Below, one piece after another: positions 1 to 12,519 of a stretch of 64,000 bases of DNA. Below the pieces are notes generated by a model. It searched no databases and was not told the DNA's origin. It saw nothing but the letters and a program-made list of their open reading frames with translations. The stretch is taken from positions 2,294,001-2,358,000 of the forward strand of contig MU004181.1 of the NCBI GenBank assembly GCA_010093605.1, read 5' to 3'. Both the position numbers and the translations under genes were made by a program. The DNA is from Lophium mytilinum. Its lineage: Eukaryota. The number at the start of each line of letters is the position of its first letter. The first letter of the stretch is position 1.

Positions 1-466
1 GGATCACGATGACGGTCGTCGCGATCCAGAAGGGCCCGTACAGGTCCGGGTTGCCGTCGAGCACGTCGAGGAAGTTGGCGCGCGGGTATAGGGCGGCCGT
101 GCATCGGCGCAGCAGGTCGGAGGTGTCGACGTCGAAGAATTGAGAGTAGAAGGAGAGGCTCCATAGGTAGCGTTTGGAGGAGGTGGAGCTGGGGCCGCTG
201 CCGCCGCGGAGGGTGGTGGAGTCGGGGGCGATTTTGGTGCGGGAGGGTTGGTCTTCGAAGTCTGGGGTTGGGATTAGTAGTGGATTTGGGGGAGGGGAGA
301 GAGGGGTGGTACTGGAGGAGTGGAACTCGAGGTCTTCTTGGAGGTCTGTGTGGCCTAGGTCGCCCTGAGGGACGCTGTTAGCTCTTGATGATGGGAGGAT
401 GGGGTTGCGGGGAATACGTACTTCTTGGTCGACGTCTACGACGACGTCGTAGCCACGGTTTGCCAT
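1..466 (-). CDS. Yip1-domain Golgi membrane protein (YIPF1/2, Yip5-like); 3' part runs off the window
   Basis: Manual translation: MANRGYDVVVDVDQE, intron 365-421 (GTACGT..CTAAC..CAG), then GDLGHTDLQEDLEFH...FYSQFFDVDTSDLLRRC...NPDLYGPFWIATTVIVI. DLYGPFWI is a Yip1-family motif. Confidence 0.85.
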   Translation of the reverse strand, partial: MANRGYDVVVDVDQEVRIPRNPILPSSRANSVPQGDLGHTDLQEDLEFHSSSTTPLSPPPNPLLIPTPDFEDQPSRTKIAPDSTTLRGGSGPSSTSSKRYLWSLSFYSQFFDVDTSDLLRRCTAALYPRANFLDVLDGNPDLYGPFWIATTVIVI

Positions 467-898
467 AGTAAGTAAGCTGAGGTGTGGTGGTTTGGATATG
501 CGGACAGCAAGGTTGCTGCAACGTTCGCTCAGTTCCGTAGAGCTTCGGATCGGAGAAACAGGGTCCGACATGCACGTGACCATTACACGTGACATTGATT
601 AATGATATGTCTTATTCGGCTATATTGAAGCATATTTAGTGCATTAATGAGATACAGAAGTGATAGGTTATAGTCAAAGGCTCGGTATACATTGCGCTGC
701 GAATTGAAAGCGACAATTAAGACACTCTTAGCTATAGCGCTGCATCCCGCATATGCACCTTGCAATACGCTGACACTAAGACCATGGTCCATTCCTGAAT
801 CTACCTCGAAATTATGAGTCATGGAATGATGTTAAAACAGCTAATAGGGCCTCTAGTATTTGATACCAAATCCTTAGCAAACCACTGTTACTTTCATC

Positions 899-1608
899 AT
901 GCCTCCAACTACCTCTAGCGATGAAGTCAAGGTCATGGTCACCGGGTTTGGAGTCGGTCAATCCACCAAAGACCCCGAATTCTCGACTAACAATCCCATC
1001 CCTGGCAAAGCGCAACCAAAAACCCCTCCTGGGAAATCTGCAAACTCCTACCATCTAACATAGCCTCCCGCATCCGTCTCCTCGTTCACCCGGAGGCACT
1101 CAAAGTCTCCTACGCCACTATACTCCCCATTGTGCCCAAGCTCCTCGCCGAGTACAACCCTGACATTGTGGTGCACATCGGTCTCGCGGTCGGCCAACCG
1201 TACTACTCCCTCGAAAAGTCCGCGCCAAAGAGCGGCTACCACCAAAACCCCGATGTCACGCGACGCGTCTTCACGAAAGCTGAGACGAAGAAAGCCTGGG
1301 GGAAGCTACCCGAGACGCTGAGTTCGACTATTGATCTGGACGCCGTGGGGCCGAAGTGGATTGCCGGCGTGAAGATAGGAAAGTTTGGCGCTGATGTGCG
1401 GGTGACGGATGATGTTGGGGAGTTTACGTGTGGGTTTGTGTATTTCGCTACACTGGCAGAGATGTCGAAGAAAGCGGGAGAGCGGCCGGTTGTGTTTCTG
1501 CATGTGCCGGAGATGGAGTCGGAGACGGAGTTCCAGACGGGCGCTGGGGTGGTTGTGGAGTGTATTAAGACGTTGGTTGAGGTTTGGGAGGAGGTACGGG
1601 GCTCGTAG
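899..1608 (+). CDS. Pyroglutamyl-peptidase I (peptidase C15); intron 1 acceptor appears non-canonical
   Basis: VMVTGFG / NPSWEI, VVHIG, LE, DVGEFTCGFVYF (catalytic Cys) and FLHVP (His) motifs. Putative intron 953-999. Confidence 0.8.
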
Positions 1609-1928
1609 CGCTATGATAAGGAAACGGGAAGAATAGACAGGAAAGTTGAAATGCTGCATGTCTATGATGAATGGAAATAACTGGTGGAGTTTCAATAACA
1701 TCACACAAAATGCGAGAGATCATAATACGCATGCTCTACCAAGGCTCCTAAAGAGAATAAATATTGACAAACACGTATATAACTCCAGACAATGGATCCT
1801 CCGCGAATCAGTGAGCATCATCCAGTAAAGCACTGGATGTCTCATCCCCTGAGATTCAGCTCTCGAAGCGACCCAAACAGCGTCAAGACGAAACAAGAGG
1901 ACTGATAATGGAGTACCTAAATACATGC

Positions 1929-4900
1929 CTAACAAAGGCAAACCAAGCCTAAGCTAATCCCATTAACTGGTGCAGAAGCTTCACATTTAGCACCAGGCCC
2001 ATGACAATCCTCCGCGCACTCTCCTGCAGTGATATAAAAGTTGTCATTAGCAGCGCAGTGCTCGGGCGGCACTGCCGATGTCGGCACCGAATCAGGGGTG
2101 GATGTTAGAAATATCGTCGATGTTACCTGCACCGCCACCACCGTGTTGAACACAATGCTCGTTACCACCGAGGGATCTGTGTACTGCGAGGCAGGAGTCT
2201 GGCTAGTATCCAAGGAAGAAGGCGTGATTGAAGAAGGTGTTGTTATTGGAGAAGGTGTTGTTATTGGAGAAGTTGTTGTTATTGGAGAAGGTGTTGTTGG
2301 AGAAGGCGTTGCTAAGATCGTGGTCTGTGGCTGGGTCCCTATCGCAGATGCTGACGATATGAGCGAGACTAAGGTGGTCGGGCCGGTAGGGGTGTGGCTT
2401 GCGGAGAAGGATGCCCATTCTGAAGAACAGTAGCCCTATATACTCTCATCAGCACGAATAAAGATACGGCATTTACCCTGATCTCTTACATTATCGATGC
2501 TGTATCCTGAAGCCGCAGGCATCAGAGTTCCACTGATGACAAGCGGAATCTCAGTAACGTTGCTGATTGGGACGAGGCTACCATCCCGTCCTTCGAGGGG
2601 GCTATTGGTCCTTTTCCGTTGGTTCCATCCAGGCCAATTCGCGAAGCATATCCTAGAAGACCCTTATCAGCCTTCGAAGCTCAAACATAGACTGTAGACT
2701 TTGTCTTCCGACTTACCCAGCAGGGGCTCTATTGTAAGCAACTGGAACATGCGCTGGCAAGAACGAGCCATAGCTCAGATCGGTCTGTGGAAAAGTAATC
2801 ACAGGGTTTGCCCTTTGGTAAGCATGTCGCTGTAGATACTGCTTGATTGTGGCGACAGGGAGTGTTTGCGACGATCCCCAATAGGCAAGAAAATAGGCCA
2901 CTAGACCAGCCTATAAAAACTTGTTAGTGCTGCTTAAAAGGTTGGTGCTAGCAAGAATAAAACATACTACAGCTGGAGCAGCAAAGCTAGTACCCTCTTT
3001 CAACACTGTCTGGGTGTTGTCGTCATGACGCGCACATTCTACGTCAGTAGCTTGAGCGTAGACTGTCATTGACCCAGCTTGTCCGGGCTGGTGAGGGTTT
3101 GTCATAAAATACAAGCTGCCGTTTTGGTTTACGCCGCCAACCGTAATGATAGAGTTTGTGTCATCTCCATACTTCTGCGGTGAGACAGTGTGTAGTCTCT
3201 GTGGGTTCGTGGCATGGTTACCGTTATTCCCGGCTGCAACGACGAGAGGTATGTTGTACTGATTGCACAGCCTTACTGCTCTGGCTAGATATTGGTCGAT
3301 CTCGTTATACCAGTCTTGTCCAAGACTTCGCGCATCATACCCTATTGTATCATGACTATTAGCGGCGACATCGGGTCAGGGAAGTAGACCATACCGTAGG
3401 AAAAGTTGATGACGGCCTTCTTGCGGTTGCCTACTCTTATATCATCTATGGCGTAGTCGAATGCTTGTTGTATTCCCGCAGGCGTAGTCCCGGCGAGCCT
3501 GATCGGTCCGTACAGGCCTCCCGGATTAGGATTTTGATAAGCACCTCTGGACCTTATCACGACTAGGTCGGCTCTTGAAGCAACACCAAGGTTGATACCC
3601 GCAGCCACGCTCGCAACGGCGGTGCCGTGTCCATCAAAGTCATCGACGTTATCATCTGGATGTTCCCAGTCAAGTGGATGAGACGTCAATGTATAGTAAT
3701 TCGGTACACACCAACTACGAACTGGATTCGCCCGCCGGCCTCTAGCAAATTCCTACAATTTATGAGCTCCTCCGCAAATGTCCACAGTGTAGGAGGCCTT
3801 ACTTGGTGATTCAGATTCGCGCCAGTATCTATCACATAGATTGTGGAGCCAAATCCTAAAGTTCCATCAAACAGATAGTCCTGGGTCGCGTCTTGTGCTT
3901 CTGGGCGCTGAGAAATCAGTCTCAGATGACTCGCACTAGGGGTTCGGTATGATAAATTAGGGTTGAGTTCAGATTCAATGTCGGCTCTTTTGCTATAGGT
4001 GCTGTTTCCACGGCTTGGGATATTTATCGAAGCGCTCCCAAAAGCGTCGTCATAATCATCTTCATTATTCGAATATATTGGAATAGCCGTGATCCGTGAT
4101 ACAATGGGGTCCTTCCTGTACCGCGCGGCTTCGGAGAGTGTTAAATTAGCTTGATAGAAGTACCACTTTAGAGACACAGATCTTCCGCATGGTGCTGTGC
4201 CGCCGTCTGGCAGTGTTTTGATAAAGGCGTCAAACGCTTCCACCTCTACGTCATCATGGAAGGATATCAAGTAAAGTACCCGAGCTTCTGAAGACTGGCT
4301 TGCACTTGTTGTTCCTAAGCTAGACGTAGGCGTAGAGCTTACTACTGTTGTAGATGGTTGAGTTGATATAGGCGGAGAGACCGGATTCGTGAAGGGAGCA
4401 GGAAGGGACTTGCTACTAGTTGAGGGAGAGTCTGCTACGAAAGCATGCCTCATGAAAACCGCAAATGCACTGGCCGTGCCTATAGACACGAGACCAGACT
4501 TCCCTCTCGAGTGTGTCAAGAATTTGATGATGCTTCGAGCAGTAGCGACAACTTTGGGGTTTGAGTTCACAACAACTTTGACGGCCAGTCGAAGAGCTTT
4601 AAACCTGTCGTAGATCTGGCGGATATCCCCTCGGCAATCTTCGAAGATTTGCTTGTCGAGTGCTTTGAGTTTGTTGAGGTCGTTTTCTGTGAAGCCTTGT
4701 ACTCCTTGGCTGAAATCGTCGAGCTCTGTGCATTATTTAGTTTGATTTATTCGAGCAGGCTTTGTTGCGGATTGGAAGCATGAAAAGTGGATCAGTCGCA
4801 GTTTCAGGAGGGTGATTTATGGTGGGACTAGATGTTGAGGAATAGGGATAGACGTACCAATTGCCGTTTGGTCCATTATTGGGTCCAGTGCATCAAACAG

Positions 4901-5964
4901 AGTCTTGTCGGCAGCAGCAGCATCGGAAACGGCCGCATTTGTCCATTTCGCGACTTCGTCGTCAACCTTTTCTAGGTTCTTAAATGCATTCTCAGCAGCT
5001 TTCACAATATCGTTGACGGCATTGATGATTTTTTCTAGTATATTGTCCGTATGCTGCTGCTTCTTGGGCCCTGGGAGCGCCACTATCAACCTTGGACTCC
5101 GTTTTTCAATAACTCCAGGACTACCCGTGGGGGCTATAGTGGTAGTCTTTGAGATTGGTGGTATAACAAATACATCTCCGCCGATAGTGACGGTTGCGGG
5201 CCCGACAATTAGGGTCGAGCCATCCGTTATCGGCAAGGTTATTGGTTCGGATGGAAGTATCCAGGTCTCGCCATCAACGACAACGTCCGTCCGTTCCGCG
5301 AGCTTTCCTGGCATCGTGGGTATAGAAGTGAGACCAGGCTGAAGGTTGATAGTAGTTGCGCCGAAAGCAATCTGCGTAGGAGCTGTGATGCTAGCGGGGA
5401 GTGGAAGACTCTGAGAACCGATAAGAAGTCCGGAAGATCCAATAACGATCGGCGGACCCCCAAGTGGCGTGACAGTCTGTAATTCAGTACCGACGTGGTA
5501 TGTCAACGAGCCTAGAACAATCTCAGGGCCAGAGACTGCTGGAGTCGGGGTTGTAGTTGGGCTTGGGGTTGTTGGTGAAGTAAATCCTGTGCCAGAAAGC
5601 ACTGAGTTCCACGATGAAGAAGCCGGACGCGCTGATTCACCAGTGGTACCGTACCCTGCTATTCCTGTGCTAAAAGGCGCCGAGTTCCACAATGAAGAAG
5701 CTGGTCGCGGTGATAGACCAGTGATACCGTATCCTGTCGTTCCAGCTCCCGGAGCTTGGTCTCGGTGCCAATACACACCACTTGTTGAGGCAGATAGCAC
5801 AAGAGTGCTGAAAGAAGGATCTGCTTCTTCGCTTCTAGCAAAGAAAGCAAGGCCAAACCACTGAGCGGATGCAGTTGATAGACCGACACTTAGCAAGAGG
5901 ATATGGATCTATCATGAGTCAGTAAAATCGCATAACAAGTGGTTCAGCATACGTTCGCCTTCAT
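1929..5964 (-). CDS. Large secreted subtilisin-like S8 protease: signal peptide, Ser/Thr-rich and beta-rich N-terminal region, helical segment, I9-like prodomain, S8 domain, Thr/Pro linker, Cys-rich C-terminal module
   Basis: Catalytic motifs IYVIDTG, DGHGTAVAS, VVAAGN and GTSFAAPAV lie across exons that join in frame through about 7 GT-AG introns (ORF pieces 4817-5896, 3686-4570, 3342-3689, 2911-3114, 2713-2901, 1929-2213). Confidence 0.85.
2224..2310 (-). repeat. 18-bp coding tandem repeat (about 4 units) encoding TTPSPI-like linker
   Basis: gaaggtgttgttattgga repeated directly. Confidence 0.9.
5604..5742 (-). repeat. Diverged 78-bp internal duplication in the subtilisin N-terminus
   Basis: gagttccacgatgaagaagccgg (5604) versus gagttccacaatgaagaagctgg (5682); peptides GYGITGLSPRPASSLWNS and GYGTTGESARPASSSWNS. 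Confidence 0.85.
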
Positions 5965-7266
5965 GGCTATTATCTAGAAGGGTGCTAGCTCCACAGAGCT
6001 AATAGAGTATCACAACTATGATCTTGGATAGGAAAGCGACACGCTCGAGCGATGGACGCGCAAAATGACCGCGGAAATCAGGAGTTGAAAGGGACGCAGT
6101 AATCTGCAGGACTAGACACGATTGAGATACGTACTGTCTCTTATGTGACTGCTTCAAGTTGACACGTTTTTCTAGATGTGTCTGGCGCTCGAGTAGAGCT
6201 GTGAACACGTTTTGAACACCTTAGAATAGCATGAAACTCAAGAGCGCCTCTTAGGATTGTTGATCCTGTAAGTCGCTCCTGCGAGGGAATGCGTGCCCTG
6301 TGAGGCGTCGGTTCAGATGACTTCAGGTCGGTCTCTAAAGTAGCTCTTTTGACACCGTCAGTCTTCAAAAGAGCTTTGGAAGTAGATGGAAAAGATTGCA
6401 GTATGTGCTATTTAGACTGCCGAGACTGAAAAATCCATGATTTATAAAAGAGATGGTGATGTTTAGCAACAGGATGATGTCTGGCAACAGTTGCTAGGAG
6501 AGTGGCCGTGTTGTGGCAAGTTAGGGCACAGCGGCGGCTATGTCAGGAAGTGGGTTTCAGCCGAGCTACGCCGCAGACAGTGACGAGGATGAGGACGGTC
6601 ACACCGTTTACTAGCAATGGCGCCGAGATTCCATTACCACGTCATCTGGCGTAGATTAGGAAACTAGGAGAGCGGACTGCTCGCCGACATCCTCATGATA
6701 GTCGCAAAAATAGATCGGTTGCCCAGAGCGGCACGGTAAAGAGACACGACCACCACTGTGCCTCCCTTGGAGCGGCGTGGAAGGTCCTGTCGATAATGTG
6801 ACGAGGAAAAGGCGCGATGGCTAGAAAGGGGGATGCGGCGAAGCAAAGATCTGTCAAGTAGTGGGGATGCACTCCATGAGCGACCTTTGAAGCGTTGAAC
6901 TTCACGCCTTTCAAAATGTGCTCGTCGAAAGAGCTGTAGACGTTATGAAATGAGGCATTAAACTGTTCATTGATGGGTGATGGAGACTTGGGAGGCTTAG
7001 GAGGCTCTTCGAGATTAACCTCGACCTCGGGTAATCATTTCTGCGGAGGCGCTAGTCTAATCTGATTTGTTCTACGAAGTACTAACTGGACATGAAGTCG
7101 TAGCTCAGTTTTAAACCGTCGATGAAGTGATATGTTGGGCATAGCTACAAACACATCTTACAAGAGCGTCAGAAGTCTCTGTATCACCAGTTGAAGAAGA
7201 ACGCATCATCGAGTCCACAGGAAACATATGCAAAAGTCTATCCCGATCACCATCTAATTACACCCC

Positions 7267-10200
7267 CTATCTCAAAGCAGCCAGCGCCGCCTCAGCCTTC
7301 TTCTCCGCCTCCAATTCCCTCTGTCTCTCCGCTTCAGCCGCTTCCTCCTTCTTCCTGGCCTCCTCCCTTTCTAGCTGATCCTTCCTCCGGATCGCAATAT
7401 CCTTAGGCCTGTAGTCGCTAAAGGCAACCTTCAGAACCTTCTCTATGATCCAGCATCCCGCATAATCTATAACCATGACCGTGGTGAGCTTGATCTTGAA
7501 GTCGGTCGTGAAAGGCACGAGCCTCAGCTTCTCGTTGATCTCGGGAATGAACTCGGTCGCACAAGAGAAGGCGACACCGGCGACGAGGACCAGGCCCCAG
7601 TACATGCCCTTGTTCTCGCGAATGGACTCGCGGAAAGGCCTTCCTTGGTAGTTGATTGCAAAAGTGGAGATTTGCTGGATAAGCTGGAGGAGATAGATCG
7701 CACTGTTGAGGAGCGATGGTTCGAATTCGCCTTCGAGGTCAACATTGTCTTGTTTTCTGCGGAATATTAGCGAACGCTTTGGACTGGAGTAGTATCTAGA
7801 CTTACGGCTCGAGGAGTTGGACATATTGAGAAATGTAAATCAGAGTACCGATATGAATAGCGAACTGTCCCAGGACTGAACCAATGATGTAGAAGTTGAA
7901 AATATTGTGCTGAGGCCGTTCTTTCGACAACCCCTCGACAGACTGTGATAAAACTTAGCATCATGCTTGACCACACAAAGAATGGACGACTTACCCTAGC
8001 ACGAGAAATAGAAAGGAAGCAAACACTCATCATCATGCCGCTAATAGTAACTTGCCCATCCCCAAACTTAATGCCATCCAAATAGAGAACGCTCAAACTG
8101 TAAGCGCTGATGAGACAGTTCAATGCTAGAATCTTGTACATCTGAATGGTTGCAACAAGAGTGCACCTTCCTTGACGAATGATGTTCGGAATCGCTATGA
8201 CGTTTGCTAGCTTGCTTGTGAATGGTGCAGCAACAGAGGCATCTCCAAGCTTGATCGTTGGCGGTTCACTGTCATCTAGCTCTTGCTCCATCATGGATTG
8301 TGTAAACTTGTCAGCCATGCTCTGAGCTTTCTGTTGGGCGGGTGTGTTGGGCTGAACAGCTTGTGGGGTGGCCTTGGTCACCGCGCCATTGTGGTCCTTA
8401 GTATCCGTGCCGTTCGCAATGGCGGGAGGACCACCCTTCCTTAAAGCCTCTCGTTCCACAGCCTTCTCGTAGTGGGGATTTCCAGGACCAGGAGGATAGA
8501 GTTGTGCAATCATGATGGGAACAGGAGGAGCTGGTTGATTGAAGCGTGCCATGAGCTGGCATTGTTTTTCGTAGACCTCTTTCATCTTGGTATTTCTGAA
8601 ATGATCTGAGATCTTTTCTAGGTCATCTCGTGTTCCGTTCAGAAGAGCAACGCCAATGTGTGCTTGCTTGAGAGCACCGACATCGTTCGTCCCGTCGCCG
8701 CACATAAGAGTTGTATAGCCACAGTCCCTGAGTCCGATGAGAATATCCTCTTTCTGCTTGGGAGAAACACGAGCATACACCCAAGCGTGACGCATGAGCT
8801 GAAACCAAGCTGGTTGATCTGTGAATTTGGCTAACGCAAATCCAGTGACACAAATGTCCTTTGTCTTCAGGATTTCCGGGTCAAGTGGCTTCGTGGGATC
8901 GACGGCAATACTGACTTTGTCGTCAATGCTGCGCCACACAAGGTTTTGGCCAGATTCGTCATGCTCGGGCGCGTCCAAGACAAGACAGTCCCGGTCGACG
9001 ATCTCGACTTCACGAGCCACGTGTACTGCGGTGAGAGGGTTGTCGCCAGTAATCATTACGACGCGATGGCTGCTTTCGTTGAGCATCCTTACGGCATCCT
9101 TGGCGTCATCCTTGAGAGGACACTGCAAGATCAAGAATCCGGCGAAAGTCAAGTTAGATTCCACTTCTTCTCGCTTGAGATCGTTGATGCGGTTCATGCC
9201 GAGCTCTGAGTCGTGGGTAATGAACTTATACGCAAGAGCGAGTACGCGCCCACCATTCCTAGTGAAGTACTTGAACGTCTCTTCGTATTGCGGTGGTACG
9301 TTGACTAGCATCTTCCGAATCGTCTCTGGGGCACCTTTAACTCCAGCAAAAGTACTCTTGGTCTTCTTCTGCGTCTTCTTGTTTGTGAGAAGTACGGTGG
9401 CTACAGAACTTTGTCGCTTGAGAGCTGAAGAAAATTGGAAGCGTCGTCGAATCTGTACCAGATCGGCGTGAAACGGCTCCTGATTGGCTTTTGCCGAGTG
9501 CTTGGTTGTAAGTGTATCATGAGCACCAACAGTCCATCCGAGAGAAGAAATGGTTGCCTTTTCCATGGGTTCACCGACGATTTCTCCTTCATCCAGTTTG
9601 ACCAACGCATGAGCAGTGGCGAGAACCAGAGTAGTTTCGGTACCCACTTCAAGGACCGGTGTGACCTGTGTATGGGCGCCATCTACGGTCTTGATTCCGC
9701 TCTGACCCAGTGTGAGACCAGCAATGCCATCTACGACGAGATCTTCGCCAGTCAAGGTTCCAGTCTTATCAAAGCACGCAACGTCAACTCTACCAGCGAA
9801 CGGTATTCGGAAAGGCTCAGTACAGAAGATAGCATACTTGCTCAAGGCTGCCAGACTGGTGTTGACCGCGAGACTGAGCTCCATCGGTAGTTCCGGAGGC
9901 ACGACGCTGGTGATAATGAGGACACAATCCAGCATGAGCTTAGAACGCTTCCTGTCCCTGGCAACACCTTCCTTCCACACATACCAGGAGGCGGCAATCG
10001 CGAAAATCAAAAGGAACAGAATGAAGAATAGGGCTTCGACGTTATTGGCGGATACTCGCTCAGTGGAGTAGATCATAGTCCGCACAAGGCTTCCTTGGCT
10101 GGTTTCGAACCCAGTCTTGACGACAACTGCGATTGCGCCCTTGTCCGGAGGTGGAGGTACACCGGACGAGAGCCTGGGAACCACTTCGGAGCCATCTTCA

Positions 10201-11270
10201 GCAGATATCCCGTGAGTGACTTGTAGGACCTTAGTTCCTCCATAGAGGAAAGCGTTTTTGTCCAATCCTTCCGGTTCGATCAACGCGTCTGCGGGGCGTA
10301 GTTGGATTGAGTCTTTGAGCACTGGCGTACTCTCTCCTGAAAGCATGGCCTCGTTTACGATAGCAGACCCTTCGATTAGAATCATGTCGCATGCAACACC
10401 ACTATCTTCCTTCGTCCTTCCCACTGATACCAAGTCACCAGGTAGCAGTTTATCACTTTGTATTTCCTCCCATTTCTTCTTCCTGTATACGAGAAGGTCG
10501 TAAGGCTTGATGCTCATGCCACGGAACTCGTTCAAAGTACGTTGCCGCTGCCAGACTACAGTACTCTCAAAGACCACCAGCATGAATAGCGTGAACAACG
10601 AGTAGTACCAGTAGTCGTCCAGCATCCATAGTCCTACACAGAAGACCTGGAACACGAAGAACGGCGCGACAGAATGTTCCTTGAACAACTCTGTGAAGGT
10701 AGGGACGGGGATATCGAAAGAGTTGTCTCCATAGTGTTGCTGAAGGCGCTCGATATCGGCAGGGGAGGCATGACCACGCGATTGCTGGAATGTCTTCAGG
10801 GTGGGCTTCGGTTCGGCATCGATGGCGTACGCGAGAGGCGCGAAAGAGCCTTGCTCAGGGTCGTATAGAAACCGGCGTTTCTGGAACAAGAATGACAGGT
10901 TCTGCTTCCCTCCAACATTGTCCCGGTCGAGGGAACATATTTCAGCGGATCCTGCGTTCGCCACGGGAATAACCTTGATGAGTTTCGCAGATCGGACGTC
11001 GCGGGCTTTGGTGGACGTGAAGAAAGACTTCAAGTTCACATTCCAGTGTGTGCTAAGCCATACTAGCGCTTGGATCGTGAAGATGCCGCCTGACCAGACG
11101 AACGTCCATTCTTGTGACTGGAGGTGCTTTTCGTATCTTTCCGCCGAGAGATAGACGGCGAAGAATGCTGGCCAAACGACTAGGAATGGCCAAATATACG
11201 TGTGGAGGGCAAGCGGTAGAGGATCATGCAGACTCGCCGCCTTGATCTGCGGGTTGTCGACGAGCGGCAT
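7267..11270 (-). CDS. SPF1: P5A-type ATPase (ER transmembrane-helix dislocase)
   Basis: DKTGTLT phosphorylation site, PPELPMEL (P5A signature), SGES, MITGDNPLTA, GDGTNDVGALKQAHIG. Two short introns near 7.76-8.0 kb. ATG at 11270. Confidence 0.97.
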
Positions 11271-11367
11271 GGTTGAGGGTTGTCGGTGGATGGCGATGTT
11301 TAGAAATGTCACAATGTGTCCCTTGACCTCATTGCCAAGGCGGCCAACGGACAATCCCGTCCGAGAA

Positions 11368-11974
11368 ATTTGTCGAATTCAAAATAGCACAGAACGCTTG
11401 GCGCTTTTTTTTCGGCGTTCCTCATCAAAATTTGGAAGAGAATCGCGAGGAGCACCACCTAATTAAGTGTTACTCTCTTAACAGCCCTTAGATAATATAA
11501 AGGAAGGTTATATATGCGTGCTCTAGGGCCTTTTACTAATATTTTCTAGTATTAAGCATTCTAAGCCTTACGCAGGAGCTCCCCCGGGCCTATAATACTA
11601 GAATGTTGCAGTACTTAGAACTCTATCTACATCTTAAAGTCTTAGTATTATTTACTAGAGATATCTATACTCCTTCTTCTTATTATAACCTTTATACTTA
11701 GTAACTAGAGGGCTCTTCTTAGGTATAAAGAAGACGTGTTCCTAGGTAGAATAGGTAGTAGTATCTAGAATAGTTATTCTAGGGCGCTATAGTACTAAAA
11801 AGCCTGCTAAATAGCTATATATTATGCCCGAGGAGCCTTGCTTATAACTATTTAGCGGACGTTGAAAGGTTGATAGTTAATTAGGTAGTATTCCACGCAG
11901 CTCTCACACAAATTTTGGTGAGGAACGCCGAGAAAAAGCGCCAAGCGTTCTGTGCTATTTTGAATTCGACAAAT
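11368..11974. mobile_element. Non-autonomous DNA transposon/MITE relic with ~100-bp terminal inverted repeats and a RIP-like AT-rich interior
   Basis: 11368-11466 (atttgtcgaattcaaaatagcacagaacgcttggcgc...cctaattaa) is the reverse complement of 11877-11974. The interior is visibly rich in TpA and poor in CpA/TpG. Confidence 0.88.
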
Positions 11975-12519
11975 CACTGGCGTATTTTCAGGGTGGGGGT
12001 CCCTATCACGACATCAACATATCAAACACCTGTTTAGGGGCCTCACTTGCATCAAGAATTCCGTTACCCATAATTTTCCCTAGTTATGTCCTCATGGATA
12101 AGTCTGAGTTTCATCTTCACACTGGTTCGACGCAAGTCTCGCTGAAGTGCATTGCTACAGTTGACGTCCTAAAGGGAGCCGGCTAAGGAGATGAACTATC
12201 TGAAGCAACTGGTTGCAAGCTCCGTTGTTGCTGTTGTTGTCACAGGGCCTCTACATGTTTACCAAGTCACACGAGGAATTGAAGCGGCGTAAATGCTCTA
12301 GAAAAGCTTGCATGAGGCCATGACAGAGTAGGGCTTGCACAACTAAAGGATTCGTTCCCGCGGAATGTGCATTTGTAAAATATGGTAGCTCTCATATTAC
12401 CCTCTGCAGATATTTCTCCCAGGTAGTTCCCTTGTCATCGTTTTCTTCCCCCGACACAGACGTTGTCGAGCTCATTTTGCGATTGCCCACATCCCTTCTC
12501 ACTCTGAGTAGTTTTCTAC

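Noticed and set aside
2590..2610. Apparent frameshift or stop in the subtilisin penultimate exon
   Set aside because: Recounting the G5 run gives an open frame (NSPLEGRDG); the gene is intact.
6660..7040. Minus-strand open stretch (LPEVEVNLEEPPKPPKSP...) resembling a gene fragment
   Set aside because: No clear start, splice structure or recognisable domain; at most a relic.
8821..11154. Multiple antisense ORFs over SPF1 (and similarly over other genes)
   Set aside because: Shadow ORFs caused by codon bias on the coding strand.
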